A stretch of 64,000 nucleotides of DNA from Chrysomallon squamiferum (GCA_012295275.1 CM022677.1:17794001-17858000); one strand, 5' to 3'. Shown: positions 1 through 15,329, counted from the stretch's first letter. A program made the numbers and translations. The notes: a model not told the origin generated them from the sequence alone.

Positions 1-350
1 ATTTATACATAATTTAACTTAATCAAGGGAGAAAGAGACAATCGAGTCTCGCGTGCTGGTCCGTACTTCTCTCGACTGCAATTATCAAACGCAAAAATCA
101 GCGCATTTTTTATTTATAGGCCCTATTCGCTGGCGAAGACGTACGGAAATTAATTATTCACGAAACTCGCCCGGCTCGGCAGTTATCGGCTAATCATGCA
201 AGAAAAGGAATACGAATTAATTACGTTCCGGTCGCGTTCGTTCGTCTTGAGGGAAAATTTGAACAGCGACTGTAAAGACTAAACTGACATTGGTGAAATA
301 ATCCACCTTCGTTTGTGTAATATAATCGATTTGCTTTAACATACAAAAGT

Positions 351-362
<12 letters not shown>

Positions 363-443
<81 letters not shown>
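363..443. repeat. (TA)n microsatellite
   Basis: Direct reading. Confidence 0.95.
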
Positions 444-447
<4 letters not shown>

Positions 448-779
448 GTATATTATATATTAGGCTGTTCTAGTCTAGTCTATCCTATATTAATCTGGTA
501 TATTATATATTAGTCTAGAGTATTCTATACTAATCTGGTATATTATATATTTGGCTAATCTATTGTAGTGTATTCTGTAGTAGTCTGGTAATATCATATT
601 CTTGTTAAGTCTAGTAAATTCTAGCTTACTTTGATATAATCTGTTCTATTCTAGTCTAGTGTATTCCGTTATAATATATTCTGGTCCTGTCTTGTTTATA
701 CTAGTTTAGTAAATTCATCCAGGATATATATATATATATGATATAATTCAGTATTCTATTCTAGTCTAGTGTTTCCGTT

Positions 780-1280
780 ATAATGATCCATTTAAAAATG
801 TCCGTTTTAGTCTAACGTTTAAAGTAACGTATTTCGCGGAACGGATTCCTTCAGTAATATACGGTTAAATAACTCATTCAGGATATATATCCAGTATTAA
901 AAATATGATTTCAAAAACGTAAAATAACATTTTAAATACGCTACGGATTCCGAAATGTTTCAGTAATAAATTATCTAATAACGTAAACTTAAACTTCGTG
1001 TTTCTGTGATGAATGATCCAGTAGGTTAAAAACGTACGTTTTAGAAACGTAAAGTAACGTACAAAGTAACGTATCATGCGGAACGGATTCCGAAATACAT
1101 TCAGTAATATACGGTTAAATAACGTAAACTTCGTGTTTCTGTGATGAATGATCCAGTAGGTTAAAAACGTACGTTTTAGAAACGTAAAGTAACGTACAAA
1201 GTAACGTACAGAGTACCGTGCGGAACGGATGCGGAAAAAATACGGTATACGGAATGATACTGTAATATATGGTTAAATAA
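780..1280. repeat. Degenerate ~135-bp tandem repeat (3-4 units)
   Basis: 990-1073 and 1125-1208 are identical 84-mers. The motif GCGGAACGGAT...TCAGTAATATACGGTTAAATAA recurs, partly degenerate, near 836, 1078 and 1219. Confidence 0.85.
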
Positions 1281-2649
1281 GATAAAAAAATAATAATAAT
1301 AATAATAATAATAATCAGACAGTGACAACTGTAACATAATAATTATGCTTTAGAAGTAATATCTTTCTCGTAATGTATCTTTCAATAACCTAATCATTAT
1401 TTTGTTCACAATATTAATGCTACGTTGACGCATGTGTTGAATACACAATAACTTTCTATTAGGCATAATAATGGCTGTATTATGGGTCTCTGGGCTCAAT
1501 TCTGAATAGCTGTGTGCTTGTATGTACTTCGTGAGGTTTTATTTAGACGTATGTCGGGTTGTTACAGATGTAATACAAATGGCAGAAAAGATTTAAAAAA
1601 AAAAAAAAAAAATGGGTGTGGAGTTTACTGTCTTTTTGTATTAGGGGATAGCTGTTTAACTATAAAATGTGAGATTGTGTGTGAGAGTGTATGTGTCCAT
1701 AAATGTATGAATGATGTGCATGGGTATATGTGCGCGTGTGTTTAAGTGTTTATATTGTGTGTGTGTATATATATATGAGGGGGTATGAATGGTGTGTGTG
1801 TGTTTCTATATGTGCGTACATGTATGTGATAGATATACAGATATGTCATGGATGCATGAATTAAACCGAACGACAAATAAATAAAAAAACTTAGATTTGG
1901 CAGCGATCAACGAATGAACGGAAAGACGGACTGAAAACAGTTATGACGAGAATGAACGAATTAAACCTAAAGATGGACAAGGAAAATAGATATGGCGGTT
2001 ATAAACCCAGTGAAAGGATCGAGTCAGACAAAAACTAGTAATAACAGTAGTGAAACTACAAGTTATATTTATTACCCCTGATGAGAAGAACACGATATTT
2101 TTCTGCCGTAACAAGATTATGTGGATATTTTATATTTATTTTTTTGTATTTTCTTGTCTGTTGTGTTTGTAGAGCTAGCGGCTGGAATCTGTCAGTGGGA
2201 AAATAAAAAGGTTTAAGAAATTTGATGACTAGATATGTAGGTGTTTTTTTGTTTTTCGTTGTTTCTTTTTTTTTTTTAATATTCGATAAAGTTTTTATCG
2301 ACTTTGGGGATTTGAGAGTGGGAGTGTTGTATGTGTATTTTTATTTTATTTATTTTTATTTTTTAAATTTATTTATTTATTTATTTTATTTTATTTTATT
2401 TTATTTTATTTTATTTTATTTTATTTTATTTTATTTTATTTTATTATTTTTTATTTTGTTTTATTTTATTTATTTATTAGTTATTTATTTTGTTATTTGT
2501 TTAATACTTCTTTATGACAATATTTGCTTATTATATATATATATATGTATTTATATATGTACGTACGTATGTACGTATGTATGTATTTTTGTGAGTATAT
2601 GTGTATTTGCATGTGTGTCTTTAAGGATTTAAATATTCTCTATCTTATG

Positions 2650-2823
2650 TACGTCTGAATAGACTCTGCACACAGACAATATTCGGGAACGCACTGGCGC
2701 AGGAGGACAAAGTCCAACCACGACCTCACAAACCCGTCAGATGCCGCTGACGAGACTCGAACGTATGACCCCCATTCACCCGCACTCCGAAGGCGAACGA
2801 CGTTACCGTTGGGCCATCGAGAC
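2650..2823 (-). mobile_element. tRNA-derived SINE-like element (tRNA-Arg-like head)
   Basis: Minus strand reads GTCTCGATGGCCCAACGGTAACGTCGTTCGCCTTCGGAGTGCGGG...GTTCGAGTCTCGTCAGCGGCA. Pol III A box TGGCCCAACGG at 2806-2816, B box GTTCGAGTC at 2754-2762, anticodon-loop-like CTTCGGA, then ~90 nt of non-tRNA body. It is a GC-rich block inside AT-rich SSR flanks. Confidence 0.7.
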
Positions 2824-2975
2824 AACATTAAAATTATGTATGTATGTGTCTGTGTGTGTGTTTGTTTGTCTGTGACTATGTATATGTAAAATGTATGTAT
2901 GTATGTATGTACGCTCGTAGATGTAATTATGTATAAATCATTATGTATAATTTTCATATATGCGTTTATGTGTGT

Positions 2976-3083
<108 letters not shown>

Positions 3084-3533
3084 GAAATATATACCTTTTA
3101 TTCTATTCTACTTAATTACATTTACTTATTCTTCTCTAGAAAATACTTAGTTCTTGAGTACTGATAAACTAGAAAGCCACGTTAGTCTTGTGCAGTAATC
3201 AAATCCAGTCTAATCTGCTCAGACATACTATTTAAAATTTCATGTAGCTATATTATTAGAGGTGCGGAAAGAGATAGCATATATTAAATAAAATCATATC
3301 TAGGTGCAAAGCCAGATAACGGTTATTTTTAAAAATTCATAATTTCGACCAACTAATCTGTGAGATAAAAATCACTGCACTGTTCTTAATTTAGTAAGAA
3401 CGAGCCTCGATTTGAAACAAATGAAAAGGGAGAATCCATAATCTTTGTTAGGGGGAAGACTGCTGATAAATTTGAAATCTTAAACGCACCTATTCCATGG
3501 TAACGTTTTGACATTAGAATTCTTCCACTCACA

Positions 3534-3608
<75 letters not shown>

Positions 3609-4535
3609 ATTTATGTGTGTATTTGTGTGTGTGTGTGCGCGCGCGCGCATGTTTGTGTGTCTATATTTGTAGAATTGAAAACGATCCTAGTTCCGTCTAC
3701 TTTTAAGAGAGATTTATCCCCCCGCCTCTGGAACCGCCGATTGGTTGTTTGACTGGCAAAGTGAAAAAAAAAAAAAAAAAAAAATTTGACTGAAAGCAGA
3801 CGATACAGAAATGAAAATGACATCTTAAATCTCGAGAGAGATTGAAAACTGACAGTTTTTAGAAATTTGACGTTGGAGTGGTAAAGCTCGTTACACACTG
3901 CCTAACTTGCCGATATGTGAAAGTGTATTTTATTTTATATATTCCGTTCATTCCTTGGCGCGCTCTCTCTTAATTATCCCGCTCTCTCTCTTAATTATCC
4001 CGTGTGACTGTACCCTTTAACTTCATGCGTTATTAATTACAAATAACTTTACAAATTACTCGGAACGGAATTCTCGTATTATTATTATTATTACGGACAA
4101 TGTCTTATTCATACAGTTCACAAATGTTTGTTGACGATTTCTAAAAAAAAAAAAAAAAAAATCAACGATATGAATTTGCCTTTAGCAGTTCGTTGAAAGA
4201 AAGAAAAGTAATTATATTTTTTTACGTTGATGCTTTCTGTAATCCACTTTCACCTCCCGGTAAACACTGAATTTCATACAGGTGTCTGGGTATTTGTCTG
4301 TCTGTCTCTTTGTTTGTGTCTCTCTTGTGTCTGGCTGTCTCTTGTTTGTCTCACTCCACTCATTTTTGCCTCCAGCATTGGCTTCTGTTCTTCCTTCTCT
4401 CCATCCGTCTCTCTTAATGCGTCTCAAATTCTGTCTCCTGTCTTTTCAGTTTCTTAACATTCTTCTTTTTCTCATAGTTTTTATTTTTAGGTTAATTTTC
4501 ATCTGCCGTTGTTATTCATCTTCTTTTTCTTCGTC

Positions 4536-4878
<343 letters not shown>

Positions 4879-5156
4879 GTACAGAGAGATATATCTTTTT
4901 ATCTTGCTTCTGTTTATCTTAATTAAACTACTAATCAAACGGACATTCATCTTCAATTCTCTTTCTTCTACACTCATTACTTTTTAAACACATCCACACA
5001 GTCTGCTGACAGGGGCGGGGCCAGGCGGTCACCTGGGTGGGGCAGATGCAGGGTACGTAAGGCAAATAAAATATTCAGATCGAAATCTCGTTCCGAAAGA
5101 ATTTCTTCTGTGTCTTAGGTCCTGTATTAAAATGAATGAACGAATAGAGAGACAAA

Positions 5157-5198
<42 letters not shown>

Positions 5199-6092
5199 TG
5201 TGTGTTGGTAGGTAGGCAAATAGATAAATAAAGTAAAATAACTAAATAAAATCAAGTAAATTTAAAAGAAAAAAAGAAAATCATGTAAATTTAAACAAAC
5301 AGACGCACAAACATACAAACAAATAAATCAATCAAATCAATAAAATAAATAAAATAAAATAAATTTAAAGAAAGAACGAAATAACAAAACAAACAAAGAC
5401 ACAAACAAACAAACAAACAAACAAACAAATAAATAAATAACCAAACAAAGGAACCAACAAAATAACAAAAGAATATAAAACAACGAACTTACTCAGAAAA
5501 AATAATGAAATTTCTGATAAAATCGTCTCATCCTGAACCACGCCCACTTAATTCAACCAGAACCACGCCCACTTAACCCCCCCCCCCCCCCCCCCCTAGA
5601 TAACAACACTGGAACCGCCGCTCGATCAGTGGTGTCGTCATTGGATACCAGATCACCTTAATAACGGATATTTCAGAAATTCTTGCACCGTTAATGAAAC
5701 CAGGAAAACATACGTCAGGGAAAGACCAATCTCGCGAGGATCTCGTGCAGAGCTCGCGCTGCACGTGACTCCGCGAGATGCGTAGATCGATGGCGAAGTT
5801 AATCTGGTTGCCACGGACTGTAATTAAATTCGCCCAGGGTAGGACAATTGGACGTATTAATGTGTGTGTGGGTGTGTGGGTATTAATCCGGAAATAGGGT
5901 TCTCGCGGTAAAGCATCATGTGCTGAGGTAACTGCCAATTAGACTTGAACGCCCGAAAACGTTAATTATATATCGTTGTTTTTTTTTTTTTTTTTTTTGT
6001 TTTTTTTGTTTTGTTTTGTTTTTGTTTTTTTTTTTTTTTTTTGTTTGTTTGTTTTGGGGGGAGAAGGAGGGTTTTAATTCACTTATACTACT

Positions 6093-6126
<34 letters not shown>

Positions 6127-6139
6127 TTTTCGATTACTT

Positions 6140-6157
6140 GTATTATCATCATGATCA

Positions 6158-6242
<85 letters not shown>

Positions 6243-6266
6243 CATGATTATTATTATTACTATTAC

Positions 6267-6301
<35 letters not shown>

Positions 6302-6614
6302 GTGTTATTATTGTTGTTTTTGTTGTTACTACTACTACCGTTATTATTTTTGGTTGTTGTTGTTGTTGTCGTCGTCGTTGCAATTTATTATTATCATCAT
6401 TATCATTGTTATTACTACTACTACTGTTACCGCTGCCGCTACTACAACTATTACTAGTGCTACTTATTATTATTACTATTGTTATTATTATTATTCTTAC
6501 TACTATTGTTGTTGTTATTATTATTATTATTATTATTTTTATTTTTATTATTACTATTATTATTATTATTATTATTATTACTATTATTACTATTATTATT
6601 ATTATTATTATTAC

Positions 6615-6663
<49 letters not shown>

Positions 6664-6705
6664 TATTATTATTATTATTATATTATTTATTATTATTATT
6701 ATTAC

Positions 6706-6790
<85 letters not shown>
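6140..6790. repeat. Long imperfect (ATT)n/(ACT)n/(GTT)n trinucleotide tract
   Basis: Direct reading. Source of the poly-I/Y/L ORFs. Confidence 0.95.
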
Positions 6791-6918
6791 TCCGTGACAC
6801 ATGCTACTATTCTAGTTAACTCATTAACCCTCGTTATTAATAATAGATAGGACGGGTTTATTGGTCATTAATAACATTGCGTGAGAAACGGTAAAATAAA
6901 CTGTCATGAGAGACCATT

Positions 6919-7036
6919 TGAACTAAATGACCTCCTCTAATTATGACCTCAGGTGACCTCTGTGACATGAGCTTCAGTAACCTTTCCCGGTTTGACCTCC
7001 GGCCGACGTCACCTGATGCGACCTCAAGTGACCTTT
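6919..7036. promoter_or_regulatory. Homotypic cluster of nuclear-receptor half sites (TGACCT)
   Basis: Perfect TGACCT at 6928, 6944, 6954, 6993 and 7029, plus variants TGAACT 6919, TGACAT 6963, TAACCT 6978 and CGACCT 7019, all in one orientation. Confidence 0.55.
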
Positions 7037-7593
7037 AGGCATATTAGGTAAAAAAAATAAACAATAAATAGCTGTATTAGACTTTTAAAGTATGGTTTCA
7101 TTAAAGAGACTTTATTTATTAACTTTCAATTATCGGCTTCTCGAAGTGAAACCTTTATAGTGATGATGTAGTTTCCTTTATTTTCTTTTTAATTTATTTA
7201 TTTTTTTCACTTTCACCTACAGAGCGCGTGTTATTAGGCTGTTCCGAGCAGGTAGGATAGCACGTACCATTTCTCAATAAATCCATTTCCTATTATTATC
7301 ATTTCTATTCCTTTTTCTTTCTTTTTTTTTTTTTTTTTTAAAAAATTCATCTCTGTGCACTGTAAAACATTTTGAACATCTATGTACATAATTTTACTTT
7401 ATCGGTTAAATAGCTCTTGATTAATGGCCTTCGGAAATATTTAATTCTTTTTTTTTTTTCTCTCTCTCTCTAAAAAAAAAAGAGAAAAAAAAGTAAAATA
7501 ATATTAAAAAAATAAAAATCAATAGCATTCATTTAAATGTCATTTAGAAACCATTTAAAGTACAAACAGGGCTTTATGTTCTCTTAGGAAGGA

Positions 7594-7637
7594 TGACGTC
7601 ACGAATAAAAAATGATGACGTCAGTTGTCATAGCAAC
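7594..7637. promoter_or_regulatory. Two CRE sites plus an RFX X-box-like site
   Basis: TGACGTCA at 7594-7601 and 7616-7623, directly followed by GTTGTCATAGCAAC at 7624-7637. Confidence 0.5.
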
Positions 7638-8007
7638 CTCAACAGATGATTTTCGTCATATATATATTTAAAGTTTCAATTATTTTATTTATTTATTTAT
7701 TTATTTATTCGATACATAAATTTAAATTTTATAAAAAGATTACATTTCAACCTTATTAAAGGAAGTAAAAATCATGTGATCAATTCTTCTAGCTGCACTT
7801 AATGAAATATTTCCCATTCTAGAATGTACTCTATATTCTTTTTTTCAAATACCACACATGATGAAACATACAGATATATGTGTTCGTGTGTGTGCGTGTG
7901 TGTGTGTGTCCATGCGTGTGTGTGTGTGTGTGTCCATCGTAAATATATGAAAAGAAAAGCAGTTATGAAACCAGATAAAATACACAATAAACAAACAAAC
8001 AAACAAA

Positions 8008-8050
<43 letters not shown>

Positions 8051-8328
8051 AGAAGCATTCGATTACATCTATAGCCAAATGAAATTTTAATAATAAATGA
8101 AAAGAAAGGAAATGTGATATAAATCAATATATCAGTTTGATTACAGTCTGATTCTTTGAAATACCTTGGCTGGGTGCGCCTGTTGTGTTACAAGTTTAAA
8201 ATAATTTTACAAGTTTTTATTGGGTTTTTTTACCTGCTATTACTGTACTACTACTACTACTACTGTGATGATGATTATTATTATTATTAATATCTTTATT
8301 ATTATTATCATCATCATCATCATCATCA

Positions 8329-8389
<61 letters not shown>

Positions 8390-9378
8390 TATTATTATTA
8401 TTATTATTATTACTACTACTACTGATGTTACTACTACTACTACTATTACTACTACTTCTACTATACTGGTACTTATTCACTTACTTGTTATTATATATTT
8501 AACTGATTAATTTTTATTATTATATTTTATTTTTGCTACTAATTTATTATTTTAATTTATTTTTTTTATTTAAATTTTTCGTTATTTATTTATTTTTTTA
8601 TTTTTTTATCTTTTAATTTTTTTTTTTTACTTTTATTTACTTTTTAAAATTATTATCATCATATTTATAATTCTTTTTATTTATTACTATCATTATTACT
8701 TCATTTTTTTGTTTTAAACAATTTTTTTTTGTATTTGTTCGCACCTATTCCTACGCTTCATTCTCTTTGTCAAAGCAAATATCACCAACGCAAAAATATA
8801 TTTAAAAAAAAGAAAAAGAAAAAGAAGAATAAAGAATAATAATAAAAAGACCAAAAAAAAAAAGACGCTGAAAACGATTTCATTATGAAGAGAATACATG
8901 GATGACTTCGTAAGTGACTGCAGAACTGTCGAAACTTTCACAAACAATGGCGGCTATTGTCGTCTGCACGTACACGCTTCTTCTTGTTACCGCGCATCCC
9001 ATAATTCCGTGCACTGTTGCGAAGTAACCGCCATTGTTCCACTGTTTGTGTTTGAGAAGAACGTGCTGTATCCGTGAACACTGCGAACGTCTTGTTTGCT
9101 CACGAACTAATTAATGTGTGCTTTTTAGTATCTTTCTTTTATACGTGTTTTACAAGGATAAAAGATGCACATTTAATCAGCAAACATTATAGATAGATGT
9201 AGGTATATGTATACCGTGAGAGAGAATGGTGGGCTGGAGAGATAGAGAGATGGAGGGAGGGTTGGGAGAGAGGGAGGGAGCTGGAGAGAGAGAGAGAAGG
9301 ACATATAGAAAGAGAGACAGGAGAGAGATAACCAAGAACATTTAAACCAATAAAAGAAGATACATACATATAAATATA

Positions 9379-9414
<36 letters not shown>

Positions 9415-9973
9415 ACCACCTAAATGCATTGAACAAATAAACAAACAAACAGATACACAAAGAAAGAAAGAAAGAAAGAAAGATGGAAACAGAGTTACAG
9501 CTAAAAGCATTTTATTTTATTTTTATTTATTTTTTTATTTTTTATGTTTTGATGTTTTGCTTTTTATTACTCTGGGAAGGTTGTTATAAAAAGACTTGTT
9601 GCTGCTAATCGGTAAGAGTAACCAAGCAACGGTTTTCTTCTCATATATTGTTAACATGATTCGAAACAATTCTGAAACCGAGATATACATCTTAACATGA
9701 CAAGTGACGCTTTTTACCATCATCATCATCAGCAGCATCATTATCATCACTACCACGAACATCATCACAGTCCGTGTTATTCATTGTTTAAAATAAAAAT
9801 AAAAATAAACTTTAGTACCTTCACTCGTCCGCATAACGCAGATCCGACAATATTTCTGTTGTATCTTTTTTAGCGGAGAAACGTACAACGCATGCGTCGT
9901 TTTCACTTTCGTGGGTTTTCGCTGTATGCCAAACAACAACAACTACAACAACAACAACAACAATAATAACAAC

Positions 9974-10006
<33 letters not shown>

Positions 10007-10178
10007 TAAAAACGAAATAAAAATTCATTAAGAAATACAACCTCTCTCCTTGTTGATTGACACTCAAGTCGAGCCGCCATCTTGGATTTCTGAAAGTCTC
10101 TTCGCGGCAATTAAAAAAAAACGACTGTACAAAAGCTATCGAACGTTTTTTGGCGAATCTCTCTTTTTTTATTTTATT

Positions 10179-10212
<34 letters not shown>

Positions 10213-10520
10213 CTCTCTCGTTTGTCAATATATTCGTACTAGTTCTGTCATGTTTTGGTATCGATCTCCGACCGATGAAAGCCAGATCGTTAGAATCCGC
10301 GTGAATAGGTTTCCGAAGACTGCCGAGAAGCTGCGTTGTCATGTCTTTTTGTACTTTTCTGCAGATATTGTCAAACAGCCTCTCAAAAGAACCGCGTAGC
10401 ATTTCTATAGCAGTTTAAATTGACCAATATGCCTTGAGCGTAAAAAAAAAAAAAAAAAAAAAAAAAATCTACTTGTACCAATAATAACACTTTGGGAAAA
10501 AGAAACATTGACGGCAATAT

Positions 10521-10551
<31 letters not shown>

Positions 10552-10914
10552 CATGCTTTCTGTTTTCTTCATGGCTTCATGATTTTTTTTATTATTATTA
10601 TTTTTTTTATTTTTTTATTATTATTTGGTTTTTATTTTTTTTTTTTTTTTTTTTTTTTACTGCGGATGCGGTTAATAAGAAAAAGAACAGTGGTAGAGAC
10701 AGACAGGGACAGAGACAGAGAGACAGAAAAACGGAAAGACAGTGAGGGAGAGAGACTGAGAGAAAAAGGAGAAAGATAAACAGAATGACAGAGAGAGAAA
10801 GGAAAAGAGAGAGACTGAGAGACAGAGAGAGAAAAATATGAGAAAGAAGATAAGAATAAAAAATAAGAGATGAAGAAAGACAGAAACAAAAAAAATGGAA
10901 AGAGAGAGAAGAAG

Positions 10915-10989
<75 letters not shown>

Positions 10990-12149
10990 CAAACACAAAA
11001 AGGTGAAAAAAATAACTGGAGACAAAGAAAAAAAGAATTAAAAATAAAAGAATGAAGAAAAAAAAAGATAAAAAGAAGGAAAGAAGAAGAAAGATTAAAG
11101 AAACTGAAGAAAATTAGCAGGAGGAAGCTACAAATTAAGGAATAAAGAAATAAACGAAAACAAATTCGATACTGACGATATCAAACAAAATTTCACGGTG
11201 TAAAGATTGTTACAAAGAAGATGAAGAAAAGAGAAATCGATCTCGTTGTAAATAATTTAGATGAGAATTCGATACAGGTTTGAAAATTCTATCTTTTTGT
11301 TATTATTCTTTTTATTTTTTTTTTTTTAAATTCTTGATTTTTTCGTGGTTTCTTTTACCAATTCTTATAATATTTTTTTCGTACATTTTTCATTCATTCT
11401 ATTTTATTTATTATTTTATTTTATTATTTTTGTGTTATTCCTTTTTATCTTTTTCTTTCTTTCTTTCTTTCTTTCTTTTCATTCTTTTTCTTTTTTTTTC
11501 TTTTTTTTTTTACTGTTTAATTTCTTTTACTTTAACCAGGAAAAGAAGCATTTCGATTGTTTTCGTTCAGTCTTTCTTTCTGTTTTCTTATTCCTCATCA
11601 TCTTCATCATCATCATCATCATCTTTTTCACTATCTTCTTCATCATCTTAGAAATCCAATACAATCATTTATTTATTTATTATTTATTATTCTTATAAAC
11701 TCTACTTTATTCGGCGTCATCCGAATATTCCGCCATTACGCAAACTGCAATACAGTTTCTTATATTTATTTATTTTTTATTTTTCATTTTCCACCGCTTG
11801 AGTTTCAAAATCGAGGTTTTATCAACACAAACGGAATCAATAATAATAATAATAATAACCAAAAAAAATTGTTACTGACATCTAAATCCAAGAATTTGCA
11901 AAGCTTAAGCTAATCCAATATATTGTGTTTGCAGTTCTATCCGGAAGTTCTAACTAACGTCAAGATAGACTGGTGTCGGGTCAAGTAGTGCGCTCACGTT
12001 TTTCTAACTAACAAAAGAATCCTATTACCAGTCTAGGGATTAGAAAGAAAACAGGCGCGGGACTGTGCACGTGCAGATAAATTGGGAGAAGGGTTCTTCA
12101 CCCCCAAAAATGGCCAGAGACCTAACGATGTTTATTTCTTCTTCTTCTT

Positions 12150-12180
<31 letters not shown>

Positions 12181-12351
12181 TTCTTCTTCTTCTTATTATT
12201 ATTATTATTATTATTGTTGTTGTTGTTGTTGTTGTTGGTTTATTAACTCTTAGGTATTACAGGAGCTAATGCAAAGATAATAGAGAGAAAGAGTGAGAGA
12301 CAGAAAGAAAGGCAAAGAGAGATATAGACAGAGATAGGGACAGAGACAGAC

Positions 12352-12456
<105 letters not shown>

Positions 12457-13235
12457 GACAAACAGAGATACAGAGAGAGAGCGAGAAAGAAAGCGAGTGA
12501 GAGAGCGAGAGAGAGAGAGAAAAAAAAAAAAAAAAAAACAAAGAGACACAGGGAAGGGAGGGAGGGGCAGGTTGGATCCGCCCCTGACGGTGCGGTTATT
12601 ATGAACGAAGTAATTATTGTTAAACTCTGGAGATCGACATGCCACGACAGAGAAAGATGAAATGAACGAGGTATTCAGTGCTGGTGTGAAGATTACTCCT
12701 GTTTATTTCCCCTTTCACTTTAACGGGTGGAAAATATTTTGTATTTATACTTAAAATTTAAAAAAAAAATTTAAAAAAAAGAATTAAAAAAAAAAAAAAA
12801 GCAACAGATCATGGAGTAATTTAGAACACATGCATGGACGGATAATTCGGTTGGATAGACAGAACGTTGAATGGGATACAGTGGAGAAATAAAGACGGGT
12901 TAAATAACAGGATTAAGTGACGGCACGGAGAAAACGAAGGAGTGAGTGAATGAACAAATACGGATGGATTAAAGAGAATAAAGGAGATCGGGTGGACAGA
13001 TCGAAAGATAGAGTGAAGGGAGGAATAAAGAAGGGAACGAAGGAACGAAAATAGAAGGGAACGAAGGAACGAGATAAAATGGATGGATAGAGGAAGGAAA
13101 GGGGAAGATAAAGAGAGAAAAAATTCAAGATAGAAAGAAAAAATAAATAAATAACGAAGGATAGACTGAATGTGAGACAAATAAATATGAGAAAAATGGG
13201 TAGAAAGTGTAATTGGTAATGACGATTTTAATATA

Positions 13236-13279
<44 letters not shown>

Positions 13280-13358
13280 GACACATACATACAACAATAA
13301 TTCTAATATGTATGTATTCACAAACACACACACAAAACACACACACACACACACAGAG

Positions 13359-13404
<46 letters not shown>

Positions 13405-13510
13405 CACACACACACAGAGACATATACATACACACATAATTCTAATATGTATGTATTCACAAACACATACAGACACACAATATATATAAACAAACACACA
13501 TATATAAATA

Positions 13511-13566
<56 letters not shown>

Positions 13567-14403
13567 TATATACTTAGTTCATCGCAGCATGTCGAAAGGA
13601 AAACGCCTGGTGTTTTGTACGCCTAAAACGTGTTTTTCTTCACACAAATGATTCATACACTTAAATATACAACAAGAATCCTATCATAAAAAAAAAATAA
13701 AAATAAAAAAACAGCTTGTGTACCTTAATTTACACGGTTTTTTTTTTCTAAGCGTTTTTCTCGGTTGTGAAACATTCACAGGGCAATTTCCCATCGAGAA
13801 GAAATTCTACGGTCTTTTCTTCTTTTCTTTTCTTTTCTTTCGTTTTTTTTAATTTTTTTTTTAATTTTTTTTTAAATGGACGTGTTTTGGGGTATATTTA
13901 AGAGAGAAAATTATCCATAGAGAGAGAGAGATCCATAGTTTTTAAATAACTAGCTGTGAAATAAAATTAAAAAAAAAGAGATTTAAAAAATAAAATAAAA
14001 ATATAAAAATTATCCATAGTTTTTAAAAACAGAAAAATATTTATTATGATAAAACAGAATGATTATGAAATTAAAAAAAAAAAAACAATTGAAACCAGAT
14101 GTTTTTTTGTTTTTTTTTCCAAAACGAACTTATTTACTTATAAAACCCCACCTCTCCACGTTTATAATTTTTCACAAACTGACACATATCAGACAAACAA
14201 ACAGACATGCTGACAGACAGACAGAGAAGATACCATGGTGTGTTTAAACAATTACGTGGACGTGAACACAAACAGTTTACACAATCTGAAATTAAGCGCA
14301 TATGTTTTGTATTTCTAAAAAAATAAAATTGTGTACTTTATCACCTGTGTTTAATATCTTCATTATTATAACAGTTAATTGTATGCGTGCTTTCGGCTTC
14401 GTA

Positions 14404-14836
<433 letters not shown>

Positions 14837-15282
14837 ACATGGTGAATAATGAATAAACATCTACACGCACATCAAACACATACGCTTCCATTCATTCTGG
14901 CACACACAGTTTAATGTTCAGCTCCATCAGTTATATCACAGTGAAACTCATTCACCATGGAAACAAGTCACATGACTTGACATTCCAAATATTTTTTTTA
15001 TTTTTTTTTTTAGTAAACGTACGCTACCTCGCTTGGCTTGGTTTATCAACACTTGACAAACAAAATTTATGGATTTTTATTTTTTATTTTTTTTATTTGT
15101 CACATTGGCTGTTTTTAACAGTGCATAGCTTATTTACAAAAAAAAAAAAAAAAAAAAAATCTAAAAATCCTTTTACAGAATATACATGTACTATTATAAT
15201 GGAAATAGAGATCTCTGGAGAAATTAATTTTTTTTTTTTTTTTTTTTTTCACGCGTTTTGTTAAAGTGTACATATTGTATTT

Positions 15283-15329
<47 letters not shown>

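Noticed and set aside
2740-2823. Functional tRNA-Arg gene
   Set aside because: The acceptor stem pairs poorly, the variable region is too long, and there is no T-run terminator. It continues into a SINE-like body.
12574-12586. GGATCCGCCCCTG, resembling a common MITE terminal inverted repeat
   Set aside because: I found no matching partner end, and 13 bp is too short to call an element.
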